Shown here piece after piece: positions 19,582 through 30,382 of a stretch of 64,000 bases of DNA. How positions within the stretch are numbered: the first letter of the stretch is position 1; each line of letters starts with the position of its first letter. The stretch is from assembly GCA_041611735.1 (NCBI GenBank), contig JBFIML010000014.1, forward strand, positions 1-64,000, written 5' to 3'. Position numbers and translations under genes: made by a program. The notes under the pieces are model-generated. The model saw only the letters and a list, made by a program, of their open reading frames with translations, searched no databases and was not told the origin of the DNA. Origin of the DNA: Myxococcota bacterium (GTDB lineage Bacteria > Myxococcota_A > UBA9160 > PR03).

Positions 19582-19676
19582 CGGAGCGCGATGGCGACCC
19601 CTTGATCCGGGGGTCGAGCCTACCGCGTCCGCGACGGCCTTTCAGCCGGACGGCGGCCCCGTCCGACGCGGTCGGC

Positions 19677-20240
19677 CTAGGCGACCGGCTTCTCGACCAC
19701 CGGCAGGGACAGCTCCTCGGTGTCGCGGTGCCGGCCGTCGGCCGGCACCTTCTCGTGCTGGACGCGGGTCTGGAGCTTGATCAAGCCCTCCAGCACCGCC
19801 TCCGGACGCGGCGGGCAGCCGGGGATGTAGACGTCCACGGGCACGATCGTGTCGATGCCCTGCACCGTGGCGTAATTGTTGTAGGGACCGCCCGAGCAGG
19901 TGCAGGCCCCGAAGGCAATCACCCACTTGGGCTCCGCCATCTGGTCGTAGACCTTCTTCAGGATGGGGGCCTGCCGGTGGCTGATGGTGCCCACCACCAT
20001 GAGCAGGTCCGACTGCCGCGGCGAGAAGCGCGGCAGGGCGCACCCGAAGCGGTCCAGGTCGTAGCGGGGCCCCGCCACGGACATGAACTCCATGCCGCAG
20101 CAGGCGGTCACGAACGGATACAGGAACATCGAATACTTGCGGCCCCAGTTCATGACCGTGTCGACGCGCGTGGTCAGGAAGCTGTCCTGGCCCTGGCGCA
20201 GGAACTCCACGGGGCCGGAGCCGCGCTCCGGGAACGCCAT
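19677..20240 (-). CDS. nuoB: NADH-quinone oxidoreductase subunit B
   Basis: TACCGME, SPRQSD, EPKWVIAFGAC and DVYIPGCPPRPEA motifs. Confidence 0.95.
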   Translation of the reverse strand: MAFPERGSGPVEFLRQGQDSFLTTRVDTVMNWGRKYSMFLYPFVTACCGMEFMSVAGPRYDLDRFGCALPRFSPRQSDLLMVVGTISHRQAPILKKVYDQMAEPKWVIAFGACTCSGGPYNNYATVQGIDTIVPVDVYIPGCPPRPEAVLEGLIKLQTRVQHEKVPADGRHRDTEELSLPVVEKPVA

Positions 20241-20305
20241 GTGCACTCCCCTCCGGGAGGAAGCTAGCGCGTCTGGTATCGTTTGCCCGCGGGGGAGCGC
20301 GACCC

Positions 20306-21082
20306 ATGACCCACCCGGCGAGCGAGCGGCGGATCGTGGCCGCGACGGGGCCGACGCGCCCTTCGGCTCCCGCTTCGGAGCCGGCCGCCACGCCGGGAGC
20401 GCGCGTGCGGGCCTGGGCGGTGCATGCCCTCACGGCCAGCGGCGCCCTGGTTGCGGTGGCGGCCCTGGCGGCCGTGGGCGCCGGCGACCTGCAGCGGGCC
20501 GCGCTCTGGATGCTCGTGGCCCTGGTCATCGATAGCGCGGATGGCAGCCTCGCCCGCGCCGCTCGCGTCGAGCGGGTGCTGCCCGGGATCGACGGCCGGC
20601 GACTCGACGACCTGGTCGACTTCCTGAACTACGTGATCGTACCGACGCTCTTCCTGCTGGAAGCCCAGGCGCTGTGGCATCCGGCGTGGGTGGCGCTTCC
20701 GGTCCTGGCCAGCGCCTACGGCTTCTCCCAGCGTGAGGCCAAGACCGACGACGACTTCTTCCTGGGTTTCCCGTCCTACTGGAACCTGGTGGCCCTCTAC
20801 GCCTGGGCGCTCCAGGCGACCCCGGCCGTCACCACGGCGGTGGTGATGGGCTTCTCAGTCCTGGTGTTCGTGCCCCTCAAGTACCTGTATCCGAGCAAGA
20901 TGACCAGGTTGCGCCGCAGCACCCTCGGGCTCGGCCTGGTCTGGTTCGTCGCGCTGGTGGTGGTGGTGGCGTTTCCCGAGTGGACGCGGCCCTGGCGTCT
21001 GGCGCAGATCTCGCTGGCCTTCCCGGTCTACTACCTCGTCCTCTCCCTGGCCCTGGGGGGTTGGGCGCGGCGGCGGCCGTGA
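20306..21082 (+). CDS. CDP-alcohol phosphatidyltransferase, phosphatidylcholine synthase (Pcs)-like
   Basis: AWAVHALTASG, DSADGSLAR...DGRRLDDLVD, KTDDDFFLGFPSYWN. Confidence 0.8.
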   Translation: MTHPASERRIVAATGPTRPSAPASEPAATPGARVRAWAVHALTASGALVAVAALAAVGAGDLQRAALWMLVALVIDSADGSLARAARVERVLPGIDGRRLDDLVDFLNYVIVPTLFLLEAQALWHPAWVALPVLASAYGFSQREAKTDDDFFLGFPSYWNLVALYAWALQATPAVTTAVVMGFSVLVFVPLKYLYPSKMTRLRRSTLGLGLVWFVALVVVVAFPEWTRPWRLAQISLAFPVYYLVLSLALGGWARRRP

Positions 21083-22116
21083 CGACCGCCCGCCGCCGCG
21101 GCGCCCTGCTGGTCAACCTGGGCACGCCGGCCTCGCCGGCGGTCGCCGACGTGGCCCGCTACCTGCGCGAGTTCCTGGGCGACCCGCGCGTGCTGGATCT
21201 CCCGGCGGCGTTGCGCCTGCTGCTGCTCTACGCAGTCATCCTGCCCTTCCGCTCCCTCCGCTCCGCCTCGGCGTATCGGACCATCTGGACCGCCGACGGC
21301 TCGCCCCTCCTGGTGCACGGCCGCGCCCTGCGCGATGCCCTGGGCAAGACGCTCGGGGAGGGCTGGGCGGTGGAGCTGGCCATGCGCTACGGCGAGCCGC
21401 GCATCGATGCCGCCCTCGAGCGGCTCGCCGCGGCCGACGTGGAGGACATCGTGGTGGTGCCGCTCTTTCCCCAGTACGCCTCCTCGAGCAGCGGGTCGGC
21501 GCTCGAGGCGGTCTACCGGGCGGCGGGCAGGCGCTGGAACGTGCCGCCGCTCCACGTGGCGCAGCCCTTCTACGACGCACCGGGCTTCGTGGCGGCCTGG
21601 GTCGCCGTGGCCCGCGAGCCCCTGGCGCGCTTCCGGCCGGACCACGTGCTCCTGAGCTTCCACGGTCTGCCCGAGCGGCAGGTCCGCAAGAGCGATCCGA
21701 CCGGCGCTCATTGCCTGGCCTCGCCGGGCTGCTGCGACGCGCTCGGTCCCCCCAACCGCTTCTGCTACCGCGCCCACTGCTTCGCCAGCGCCCGGGAGCT
21801 GGCCTCCGCCCTCGCCCTCGCCCCGGGCGCCTGGTCGGTCTCCTTCCAGTCGCGCCTCGGGCGCGGCTGGCTCGAGCCCTTCACGGACCGGGTGTTGCCC
21901 GAGCTGGCCCGCCGCGGCGTGCGCCGGCTCGCGGTCGTCTGTCCGGCCTTCGTGGCGGACTGCCTGGAGACGCTGGAAGAGATCGGGCTGCGGGCCCGTG
22001 AGCAGTGGGAGGGCCTCGGCGGCGAGGAGCTGCTGCTCGTTCCGTCGCTCAACGCGCACCCGACCTGGGTCGCCGCCCTGGCGGAGCGGGTGCGGGCCGC
22101 AGCGCCTTCGCGCTAG
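21079..22116 (+). CDS. hemH: Ferrochelatase
   Basis: LLVNLGTP, AMRYGEP, PLFPQY, SFHGLP, FQSRLG and ADCLETLEEI motifs. Confidence 0.96.
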   Translation: MTTARRRGALLVNLGTPASPAVADVARYLREFLGDPRVLDLPAALRLLLLYAVILPFRSLRSASAYRTIWTADGSPLLVHGRALRDALGKTLGEGWAVELAMRYGEPRIDAALERLAAADVEDIVVVPLFPQYASSSSGSALEAVYRAAGRRWNVPPLHVAQPFYDAPGFVAAWVAVAREPLARFRPDHVLLSFHGLPERQVRKSDPTGAHCLASPGCCDALGPPNRFCYRAHCFASARELASALALAPGAWSVSFQSRLGRGWLEPFTDRVLPELARRGVRRLAVVCPAFVADCLETLEEIGLRAREQWEGLGGEELLLVPSLNAHPTWVAALAERVRAAAPSR

Positions 22117-22979
22117 CTCGGGTCCGGTCCGAGCAGGAGCGTCGCCACGCCCAGGGGCTCGCCGCGCACGGTGCAGACGCGCGTGTCCGGTCGCCGGCCG
22201 GCACGCACCTCGGAGACGTCGAAGCCCGCCGCCGCCAGCCGCTCCCGGGCGGCGGCCACGTCCGGCGTGCGGTAGCTGATCCCCCACAGCCGGTCCCGCT
22301 CCGGCGGCTCGCCCTCCCCATCCAGGCGCGCCGCCAGCTCCACGGTCACGCCTCCCACGCGGAAGAAGAGCAGCCGCACGCCCCAGGCGTCGAAGCGGCG
22401 GTCGAGAGCCAGGCGCAGGCCGAGGGTCTCTCCGTACAGGCGCTTCGCCGCCTCCGGATCGCCGGTCGCCACCACCACGTGATCGATGGCCGCCACCGCT
22501 GCCTGCGCGTCGCCGACGGGCTCCGCCGCCGGCAGGGCGTCGGCCGGGCTGCGGTGCTCGACGGCGAGGATGCCCGCACCGCGGGTGGCCGCGCCGGGAA
22601 GCGGGAGCACGCGCCAGCGCCGCTCGGCCGCGGAGCCCGAGGCCACGCCGCGCCCTTCCAGGGGATCCGGCGCCGGCACACCGCGCTCGCGCAGGGTGCG
22701 CGCGCAGGCGGCCGCGTCGTCGGTCCCGAAGGCGATGGCCGCGAGCCCGTCTCCGGCGCGAGCCAGCTGCTCGGCCAGATCGTCCGACAAGGGCCCGCCC
22801 GATCCGGGAGCGAGCAGCTCCACGTAGGCGTTGCCCAGCCGGAAGAGCGCGTTGCGGGTGCCGAGCTCCGGATGGGTGCCGCACCAGGAGGGGCGGCGCC
22901 CGAGCAGGCTCCCGCAGGTGGCCGCGGCAGCGTCCAGGTCGCGCACGGCGATCACCACGTGGTCGAGGCACGTCAGCAT
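22113..22979 (-). CDS. VOC/glyoxalase family protein (tandem domains)
   Basis: LDHVVIAVRDL...GTRNAL...YVELL, then a second IDHVVV...VEL module. Confidence 0.85.
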   Translation of the reverse strand: MLTCLDHVVIAVRDLDAAAATCGSLLGRRPSWCGTHPELGTRNALFRLGNAYVELLAPGSGGPLSDDLAEQLARAGDGLAAIAFGTDDAAACARTLRERGVPAPDPLEGRGVASGSAAERRWRVLPLPGAATRGAGILAVEHRSPADALPAAEPVGDAQAAVAAIDHVVVATGDPEAAKRLYGETLGLRLALDRRFDAWGVRLLFFRVGGVTVELAARLDGEGEPPERDRLWGISYRTPDVAAARERLAAAGFDVSEVRAGRRPDTRVCTVRGEPLGVATLLLGPDPS

Positions 22980-24328
22980 GGCCGCAGCAGGCGCTCCGCA
23001 GCCGCTCCCCCGGAGGCCATGGCGTCGCCCAGGGCCACGCCGTCCAGGTGCGCGCCGGCCAGCTCGAGGCCCGGGTGCGCAGCCAGCCGGCGGCGCACTT
23101 CGGCCACCCGGCGCGGGTGCTGGCGATCCGGCTGGGGAACGGCCTCCCGCCAGCGCGTCACGGCCAGGCAGCGGGGCGCCGCGCGCAGCCCCAGCACCCG
23201 ATCGAGCTCGGCAACGCAGACGCGGAACAGCTCCTCGTCCGAGAGCTCCAGGGCCGCCGGGCTGCGCGTTCCCCCGAGCAGCGCGGTCAGGAGCTCCCGA
23301 CCGGGCGGGGCGCGGTCCGGGAAGAGCTGGCTCAGGAAGAGGCAGCCGAGCAGCTCGCGACCTTCGCCCCTCGGCACCAGGAACCCGAAGCCCTCGATGC
23401 GGGAGCGCACCTCGGCCGGGTCCAGGGAGAGGGAAACGCTCGCCACCGGAGCGTACGAAATGGCCGCCAGGGCCCTGGCCGCCTCCGCGTCGAGCCCCCG
23501 CACCAGGTCCGCCGCCTCCCGCGCCGGCGTCGCCACCACCACGGACCGCGTGCGCAGCTCCGTCCCTCCGTCCTGGCACGCGACGCGGAAGCCGGCCGGG
23601 TCGCGCGCGATGGCGGCGGCCCGGGTCTCGAGGGAGATCTGGCCGGCCAGGTCCCGGGCCAGGCGCCCGGTGAGCTCGCCCAGCCCGGCGCGCGCGGACC
23701 AGGTCCCGCGCAGCCCCCGCGGCCCGCGCCGGACCAGAGCCCGGGCGGCGAGGCCGCGCACGATCGAGCCGTGGCTGCGCTCCGCCTCCACCAGGGAGGG
23801 AAACACCGCTTCGGCTCCGAGCTGGGCTTCGTCGCCGGCGTAGACGCCGGTCAGGAACGGCCCCACCAGGGCGTCGGTGGCCTCGGGGCCCAGGCGCCGG
23901 GTCACGAACTCCGCCACGCTCTCGCCGGCGGGGTCGCCGCGCCGGACGAAGGGCTCGACCAGCAGGCGCAGCTTTCCGCGTGCCGAGAGGAGCGGCGTGC
24001 CCAGCAAGGCAGCGGGGCCCAGGGGAACCGGCACGAGCCGTCCCTGGCGCAGCAGGAAGCGCAGCCGGCTGGCGGGCTGCGCCTCGAGCAGCAGCGCGTC
24101 GAGACCGAGCCGGCGCAGGACCGCCGCCGCCCGGGGCCCGACCCGCAGCGTGTTGGGGCCGCGCTCGACCCGGTGGTCGCGGATCCGCTCGGTCCAGACC
24201 GCGCCGCCCACCCGGGGCGTCGCCTCGAGCAGCCGCACCGCGCGCCCCGCCGCAGCCAGTGCCGCCGCCGCCGTGAGCCCCGCCGCGCCGCCGCCCACCA
24301 CCACCGCGTCGAGCTCGGGCTCCGTCAT
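22973..24328 (-). CDS. hemY: Protoporphyrinogen oxidase (HemY type)
   Basis: VVVGGGAAGL FAD motif, ERGPN, ESVAEF, GVYAGD, GFGFLVP; downstream of hemE. Confidence 0.88.
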   Translation of the reverse strand: MTEPELDAVVVGGGAAGLTAAAALAAAGRAVRLLEATPRVGGAVWTERIRDHRVERGPNTLRVGPRAAAVLRRLGLDALLLEAQPASRLRFLLRQGRLVPVPLGPAALLGTPLLSARGKLRLLVEPFVRRGDPAGESVAEFVTRRLGPEATDALVGPFLTGVYAGDEAQLGAEAVFPSLVEAERSHGSIVRGLAARALVRRGPRGLRGTWSARAGLGELTGRLARDLAGQISLETRAAAIARDPAGFRVACQDGGTELRTRSVVVATPAREAADLVRGLDAEAARALAAISYAPVASVSLSLDPAEVRSRIEGFGFLVPRGEGRELLGCLFLSQLFPDRAPPGRELLTALLGGTRSPAALELSDEELFRVCVAELDRVLGLRAAPRCLAVTRWREAVPQPDRQHPRRVAEVRRRLAAHPGLELAGAHLDGVALGDAMASGGAAAERLLRPC

Positions 24329-25359
24329 CGCCCCAGGGCGCGGGCGGCGTCCGTGAAGGCGCGCACGCCCTCGACCGGCGTGTCGGGCAGGCAGCCGTGG
24401 CCGAGGTTCAGCACGTGGCCGCGGGCCGGACGGGCCGCCTCGGCGAGGCCTCGCACCAGGGCGAAGATGTGCTCCCGGGGCGCCGCCAGGGCGCACGGGT
24501 CGAGGTTGCCCTGGAGGCTCGCGCGCCGCCCGGTGCGCCGCGCCGCCTCGGCGAGGTCCACGCGCCAGTCGAGCGACAGCACGTCCGCCCCGGCTTCCCC
24601 CATGGCATCCACCACGTGCGCCCCGTTCTTCACGTAGAGGATGAGGGGTGCGCGGGTGCGGTCGAGCTTGGCGGCGATCTCCCGGTGCGTGGGCAGCACC
24701 CACTCCCGGTACTCGGCGGGGCCCAACAGCCCCGCCCAGGTGTCGAAGAGCTGCACCACCTGGGCGCCCGCCTCGATCTGGGCATCCAGGTAGCGCACCA
24801 CGAGCTCCGTCAGGCGCTCGAGCAACGCTCGCACCAGCGCCGGCTCCCGGTACAGGGTGGCCTTGAAGCGCGCGAAGTCCTTGGAGCCCTGCCCCTCCAC
24901 CAGGTAGGCGGCCAGGGTGAAGGGAGCCCCCGAGAAGCCGATCAGCGGCACCTGGGCCGGGGCGAGCTCGCGCCGCAGCCGGCGCAGGATCTCGAACACG
25001 TAGGGCACCGACTCGCGCGGGTCCCCGACATCCAGGGCCTCCACGTCGGCGCGGCCCCGGATCGGGTGCGTCACCACCGGCCCGGGCCGGAACTCCACCT
25101 CGACGCCCATGCCCACCACGGGCACGAAGATGTCCGAGAACAGGATCACCGCCTCGGTCCCCACCCGCCGCAGGGGCTGGAGTGAGATCTCGACCGCCCC
25201 GTCCACGTCCCGGCAGGAGTCCAGGAATGGCACCCCCTCGCGCAGGCGCCGGTACTCGGGCAGGTAGCGCCCCGCCTGGCGCATGAGCCAGACCGGCGGG
25301 CGGTCCACCGGCTCGCCGCGACAGGCGCGCAGCAACCTCTCCGTGCGGGTCAGCTCCAA
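24325..25359 (-). CDS. hemE: Uroporphyrinogen decarboxylase
   Basis: PVWLMRQAGRYLPEY, ILFSDI, QGNLDP and NLGHG motifs. Confidence 0.96.
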   Translation of the reverse strand: MELTRTERLLRACRGEPVDRPPVWLMRQAGRYLPEYRRLREGVPFLDSCRDVDGAVEISLQPLRRVGTEAVILFSDIFVPVVGMGVEVEFRPGPVVTHPIRGRADVEALDVGDPRESVPYVFEILRRLRRELAPAQVPLIGFSGAPFTLAAYLVEGQGSKDFARFKATLYREPALVRALLERLTELVVRYLDAQIEAGAQVVQLFDTWAGLLGPAEYREWVLPTHREIAAKLDRTRAPLILYVKNGAHVVDAMGEAGADVLSLDWRVDLAEAARRTGRRASLQGNLDPCALAAPREHIFALVRGLAEAARPARGHVLNLGHGCLPDTPVEGVRAFTDAARALGR

Positions 25360-25374
25360 GCTCCGCCCGCTCCG

Positions 25375-26523
25375 CTAGTAGTCCGAGAGCCGCGCCCAGC
25401 GGTCGCGGTGCCAGGCCGCGTCGCCGAACGTCATCTCGGCGGCGCGCGCGCGCTTCAGATAGAAGCCGATCTCGTGCTCGTCGGTGACGCCGATGCCGCC
25501 GTGCATCTGGATCGCCTCGTTCGCCACCTGCAAGAAGGCGTCGGAGCAGCGCGCTTTCGCCAGCGAGACGAGCTTCGGGAACTCCTCGCTCCCGGCGTCG
25601 GCGGCCCGCGTGGCCGCCATCACCGCGGAGCGGGCCAGCTCGATCTCGATGAACAGGCGGGCGGCGCGGTGTTTGAGCGCCTGGAAGGAGCCGATCGGCC
25701 TCCCGAACTGCACCCGCGCCTTCAGGTAGGCCAGCGTGCGCTCGAAGGCCTCGCTCATGGCGCCGAGCATCTCGGCGCACAGCCCGGCGCAGGCGCGGTC
25801 CAGCACCGCCTCCAGGAGGTCGCCGGCGCGGTTCAGCTCGCCGACCACGTCCTGGGGACCCACCCAGACGTGGTCCAGGTGGACGAGCGCCGCGCCGCGC
25901 CCGTCGATCCGCTGCTGCGCCGTCACGGCGAGCCCGGGAGCCGCCTTGGAGACCAGGAAGAGCGTGATCCCGTCCGGGTCGCGCTCCGGCCCGTAGGTGC
26001 GCGCGCTCACCAGGATGCCGTCCGCCACGGCGGCGTCCGGCACCTGGATCTTGTCGCCGGTGAGCTGCCAGCCGCCCTCGGCCGCCTCGGCCCGGGTCGC
26101 CACGGAGTGCCGGTCGTAGCGGGCGTGGGGCTCCTGCCAGGCCAGGGTGAGCAGTCGCCCGCCCGCGGCCAGCTCGCGCAGCCACTGCTTGCGCATCAGC
26201 TCGCTCCCGCCCAGGCGCAGCGCCTCGCCGCCGAGCAGCACGCTGGAGAGGAAGGGCTCCGGCGCCAGGTTGCGGCCCAGGGCCTCCAGCACCACGGCCA
26301 GGTCCGCCAGTCCGAGGCCGGCGCCGCCGTAGTCCTCGGGCAGCAGGATCCCGACCCAGCCGAGCTCCGCCATGCGCTGCCAGAGCTCGCGGGAGAAGCC
26401 CACCGGGTCGTTCGTGTCGCGGAGCCGTCGCACCCGCGACGCCGGGGAGTGCTGGGCTGCGAAGTCCGCGGCGGTCTTGGCGAGAAGCTCCTGGTCTTCG
26501 GTCGCGACGAGCTGCAAAGCCAC
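25375..26523 (-). CDS. Acyl-CoA dehydrogenase family protein (short subunit of a tandem pair)
   Basis: [39 protein letters not shown]. Confidence 0.9.
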   Translation of the reverse strand: MALQLVATEDQELLAKTAADFAAQHSPASRVRRLRDTNDPVGFSRELWQRMAELGWVGILLPEDYGGAGLGLADLAVVLEALGRNLAPEPFLSSVLLGGEALRLGGSELMRKQWLRELAAGGRLLTLAWQEPHARYDRHSVATRAEAAEGGWQLTGDKIQVPDAAVADGILVSARTYGPERDPDGITLFLVSKAAPGLAVTAQQRIDGRGAALVHLDHVWVGPQDVVGELNRAGDLLEAVLDRACAGLCAEMLGAMSEAFERTLAYLKARVQFGRPIGSFQALKHRAARLFIEIELARSAVMAATRAADAGSEEFPKLVSLAKARCSDAFLQVANEAIQMHGGIGVTDEHEIGFYLKRARAAEMTFGDAAWHRDRWARLSDY

Positions 26524-26527
26524 CTCC

Positions 26528-27721
26528 TCAGTCCGGAAGCCCGAGCACGCGTTTGGCGATGATGTTGAGCTGGATCTCGCTGGTGCCGCCCTCGATGCTG
26601 TTGCCGCGCGAGCGCAGCCACTCGCGCGTCAGCGCGAGCTCCTCGTCCGAGAAGCCCTCGCCCTGCCAGCCCAGGGCCTGGGGTCCGGCGATGTCCACCA
26701 GCAGCTCGTAGCGGCGCTGGTTCAGCTCCGTGCCGTAGATCTTGAGGATCGAGCTCTCGGGGCCCGGCGCCTGACCGGCCCGGGCCGCATCGCGCGCGCG
26801 CTGGATGGTGAGCATCAGCGAGCGCGTGTCCATCTCGGTGCGGGCCACCCGGTCGCGGATCAGCGCGTCGCCGATGCACCCGTCCAGCCCCTCCAGGTAA
26901 CGGCGCGCCCAGTCCACCAGGGAGCTCCGGGTCCCCATGGCCCCCGACCCGAAGGCCTCGGCGATCATGCTGCGCTCGTAGGTCAGCAGGGCCTTCGCGA
27001 TGGTCCAGCCGCCGTGGATCTCGCCCACCACGTTGGCGACCGGCACGCGCACCTCGTGCAGGAAGGTCTCGCAGAAGGGAGAGGCCCCGCTGATCAGGAG
27101 GATCGGCTTCACCTCCACGCCGGGGCTCTCCATGTCCATGAGCAGGAAGGTGATCCCGGCCTGCTTGCGCGCCTCGGGATCCGTGCGCACCAGCAGGAAC
27201 ATCCAGTCCGAGAGGTCGGCATAGGAGGTCCAGACCTTCTGGCCTGTCACCACGAAGTGGTCGCCGTCGCGTACGGCCCGGGTCTTCAGCGACGCCAGGT
27301 CGGAGCCGGCATCGGGCTCCGAGTAGCCCTGGCACCAGCGGATCTCCCCGCGCACGATGCGGGGCAGGTGTTCGCGTCTCTGCGCCTCGCTGCCGTAGCG
27401 CAGCAGGACCGGGCCGATCATGGTGAGCCCGAAGCCGATCAGCGGAGCGGGCAGGCCCAGGGCCGCCATCTCCTGGCGCAGCACCCGGGCGCGGTCGGGC
27501 TCGAGTCCGCCTCCCCCGTACTCCTGCGGCCAGGTGGGGGCGGTCCAGCCGCGCTCCGCCATGACCTCGAGCCAGCGCTTGCGGTCGGGATCCGGCCAGC
27601 CGGCCTTGCGCCCGCCCCAGGTGCCCTCCAGCTCGGAGCCGCCCTGGCCGAGCAGGCTCGCGGGCGCGTGCTGGCGCAGCCAGGCGCGCGCCTCGCTGCG
27701 AAAGGACTCGAGCTCGTGCAT
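26528..27721 (-). CDS. Acyl-CoA dehydrogenase family protein
   Basis: [38 protein letters not shown]. Confidence 0.92.
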   Translation of the reverse strand: MHELESFRSEARAWLRQHAPASLLGQGGSELEGTWGGRKAGWPDPDRKRWLEVMAERGWTAPTWPQEYGGGGLEPDRARVLRQEMAALGLPAPLIGFGLTMIGPVLLRYGSEAQRREHLPRIVRGEIRWCQGYSEPDAGSDLASLKTRAVRDGDHFVVTGQKVWTSYADLSDWMFLLVRTDPEARKQAGITFLLMDMESPGVEVKPILLISGASPFCETFLHEVRVPVANVVGEIHGGWTIAKALLTYERSMIAEAFGSGAMGTRSSLVDWARRYLEGLDGCIGDALIRDRVARTEMDTRSLMLTIQRARDAARAGQAPGPESSILKIYGTELNQRRYELLVDIAGPQALGWQGEGFSDEELALTREWLRSRGNSIEGGTSEIQLNIIAKRVLGLPD

Positions 27722-27802
27722 GGCGCCCTCCCTCGCCGCCACAGTCTACCCCACGGCGCCTGCACGCTGCCCGGCGCAGCGCACCCCGCTACCCTGGATC
27801 GC

Positions 27803-28741
27803 ATGAGGGTCGTGCTCGCCAATCCGCGCGGCTTCTGCGCCGGCGTGGACCGAGCCATCGAGATCGTGGAGCTGGCCCTGGAGCGCTTCGGGCCGCCGGT
27901 CTACGTCCGGCACGAGATCGTGCACAACCGTCACGTGGTGGAGGGATTGCGCGCCCAGGGGGCCGTCTTCGTGGACGACCCGGAGCAGGCGCCCCCGGGG
28001 TCGCTGCTGATCTTCAGCGCCCACGGGGTCTCGCCGGCGGTGAAGAGCGCAGCGGAGCGGCGCGGCCTGCGCATCATCGACGCCACCTGCCCGCTCGTCA
28101 CCAAAGTGCACGTGGAGGCGCTGCGCTTCGCGCGGGACGACCACGAGCTGGTCCTGGTCGGGCATGCGGGACACGTGGAGGTGGAGGGCACCATGGGCCA
28201 CGCGCCGGAGCGCATGCATCTCGTGGAGAGCGTGGACGACGTGGAGCGCCTGGCGGTCCGCGACCCCGAGCGGCTGGCCTGTCTCACCCAGACGACCCTC
28301 TCCATGGACGACACAAGGGAGATCGTCGAGGCGCTGCGGCGCCGCTTCCCGGCCATCGTGCTGCCCCGCAAGGACGACATCTGCTACGCCACGCAGAACC
28401 GCCAGAACGCGGTGAGGGCGCTGGTTCGGGAGGCGGACCTGGTGCTGGTGGTCGGCGCTCCGGAATCCTCCAACAGCAACCGCCTGGTGGAGATCGCCGC
28501 CAAAGCGGGCGTGGATGCCCACCTGATCCAGCACGCCGGGGAGATCGACGCGGCCTGGCTGGCGGATGCGGCCTGCGTGGGCGTCACGGCCGGGGCTTCG
28601 GCGCCCGAGATCCTGGTGCAGGAGGTGGTGGAGCGCCTCTGCGCCCTCGGCGGCGCCGACACCGTGGTGGAGGCCCAGCCGCGCGTGGACGAGGGCGTGG
28701 TCTTCCAACTGCCGCCCGAGATCCGCAGCGCTTCTGCCTGA
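27803..28741 (+). CDS. ispH: 4-hydroxy-3-methylbut-2-enyl diphosphate reductase
   Basis: [36 protein letters not shown] and GASAP motifs. Confidence 0.97.
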   Translation: MRVVLANPRGFCAGVDRAIEIVELALERFGPPVYVRHEIVHNRHVVEGLRAQGAVFVDDPEQAPPGSLLIFSAHGVSPAVKSAAERRGLRIIDATCPLVTKVHVEALRFARDDHELVLVGHAGHVEVEGTMGHAPERMHLVESVDDVERLAVRDPERLACLTQTTLSMDDTREIVEALRRRFPAIVLPRKDDICYATQNRQNAVRALVREADLVLVVGAPESSNSNRLVEIAAKAGVDAHLIQHAGEIDAAWLADAACVGVTAGASAPEILVQEVVERLCALGGADTVVEAQPRVDEGVVFQLPPEIRSASA

Positions 28742-28810
28742 AGCGACGCCAGATCACCGCAGCGCCTGCGTTGGCGTCGGAACGGGCGCTCGGATAGGCT
28801 CGGCGCTCCC

Positions 28811-30382
28811 ATGGCCCGTACGCCGCGCGACGAGCCCCGTCCGCCCGCGGCGCCTCCCGACGACCCGTACCCGGAGCCCGAGGACCCCGAGACCTGGCCG
28901 GTCCTGCCGTCGGCATCGGTCGCCGCTCACGCCGCCTGGCATCGCCGGGCGCGACGCCGCACGGACCGGGAAGTCTGGACACTCGCCTGGCCGGTGATCC
29001 TGTCCCAGGTGATGGCCAGCGCCGTGAGCCTGATCGACATCGCCATGCTCGGGCGCCTGGGATCCGACGCGCTGGCCGCCGTCGGCTACGTGACCCAGTT
29101 CTTCTGGCTCTCCCAGGCCATGCTGATGGCGGTCGGGATCTCGTGCGTGGCGCTCATGGCCCGGGCCCTGGGCGCCGAGCAGCCGGCGCGCGCCCGCCAG
29201 GCCCTGGGCGCCGCCCTGCTGGCCGCCTTTGGTCTGGCCGCGGCCGTGGCGACGGGGGTGATGCTGGCGCCGCGTCCGCTCCTGGCGCTGCTGAACGCCG
29301 AGCCCCACGTGTCGGACCTGGCCATCCCCTACCTGCGCCTGACCCTGCTCTCCACCTTGCTCTTCTCGATCTCGATCACCCTGGAGAGTGGCTTCCGCGC
29401 CACCAAGGACACGCGCACGCCCCTGGGGATCGCGGCGGTGGTGACGCTGCTCAAGACCGGCCTGAACGCGCTGCTCATCTTCGGCCTCTGGGGGCTGCCG
29501 CGCCTGGACCTGGTGGGCGCCGGGCTCGCCACCATCGCCTCCCAGGCCGTGGCCGTGATGCTGCTGTGGGCGGCAGCGCGGCGCTCGCCCTCCCGGGCCG
29601 TGCTCGGCCTCGGCCGGCGCGACCTGCGCCCCTCCCGCGCCGGGCTCGCGCCGGTGCTGCGCCTGGCCACGCCGGCGATCCTGGAGCGCATGGTGCTCAA
29701 CCTGGCGCTGATGGCGTACTTCGCCGTGCTCGGGCGCTACGGGAGCGCCGCCCTGGCCGCGTACACGATCGGCGTGCGCGTGCTCTCCTTCTCCTGGATC
29801 CCGGGCATCGGCTTCGCCGCCGCGGCTTCGACACTGGTGGGCCATGCCCTGGGGGCCGAGGACGTGCGCGCCGCCGCGCGGGCCGGATGGCGGGCCACCC
29901 GCTTCGCCCTGCTCGTCTCCGTGAGCCTCGGTCTGGTGTACGCGCTGGGACGCGTGCCCCTGGCGCGGGTCTTCACCGACGACCCGGGCGTGATCGAGCA
30001 GCTCGGCCCGTTCATGCTGCTGCTCGCCTGCTCCCAGCCGCTGCTCGGGATCCACTTCACCCTGGGCGGCGCCCTGCGCGGGGCTGGGGACACCATGACT
30101 CCCCTGCTCGCCGCCACCCTGGGCAACTGGGGACTGCGGGTGCCGCTGGCCTTCCTGGCGGCCTACGGCCTCGGGCTCGGCGTCGTCTGGGTATGGGCCG
30201 CCCTGGTGCTCGACCACCTGGCGCGCGCCGTGTGGCTGGCACTCGCCTTCCGACGCGGGCGCTGGGCGCAGGCGCGCGGGGCCCTACCTCAGCAGCCGGC
30301 CTCGGCCAGCCAGTCGCGCGGACGCAGGAACTCCTCGGTGAGCCGGGCCTCCGGCGAGCCCGGCTCCGGCGTCCAGCCGTAG
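28811..30382 (+). CDS. MATE family efflux transporter
   Basis: [29 protein letters not shown]; about 12 hydrophobic segments. Confidence 0.9.
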   Translation: MARTPRDEPRPPAAPPDDPYPEPEDPETWPVLPSASVAAHAAWHRRARRRTDREVWTLAWPVILSQVMASAVSLIDIAMLGRLGSDALAAVGYVTQFFWLSQAMLMAVGISCVALMARALGAEQPARARQALGAALLAAFGLAAAVATGVMLAPRPLLALLNAEPHVSDLAIPYLRLTLLSTLLFSISITLESGFRATKDTRTPLGIAAVVTLLKTGLNALLIFGLWGLPRLDLVGAGLATIASQAVAVMLLWAAARRSPSRAVLGLGRRDLRPSRAGLAPVLRLATPAILERMVLNLALMAYFAVLGRYGSAALAAYTIGVRVLSFSWIPGIGFAAAASTLVGHALGAEDVRAAARAGWRATRFALLVSVSLGLVYALGRVPLARVFTDDPGVIEQLGPFMLLLACSQPLLGIHFTLGGALRGAGDTMTPLLAATLGNWGLRVPLAFLAAYGLGLGVVWVWAALVLDHLARAVWLALAFRRGRWAQARGALPQQPASASQSRGRRNSSVSRASGEPGSGVQP

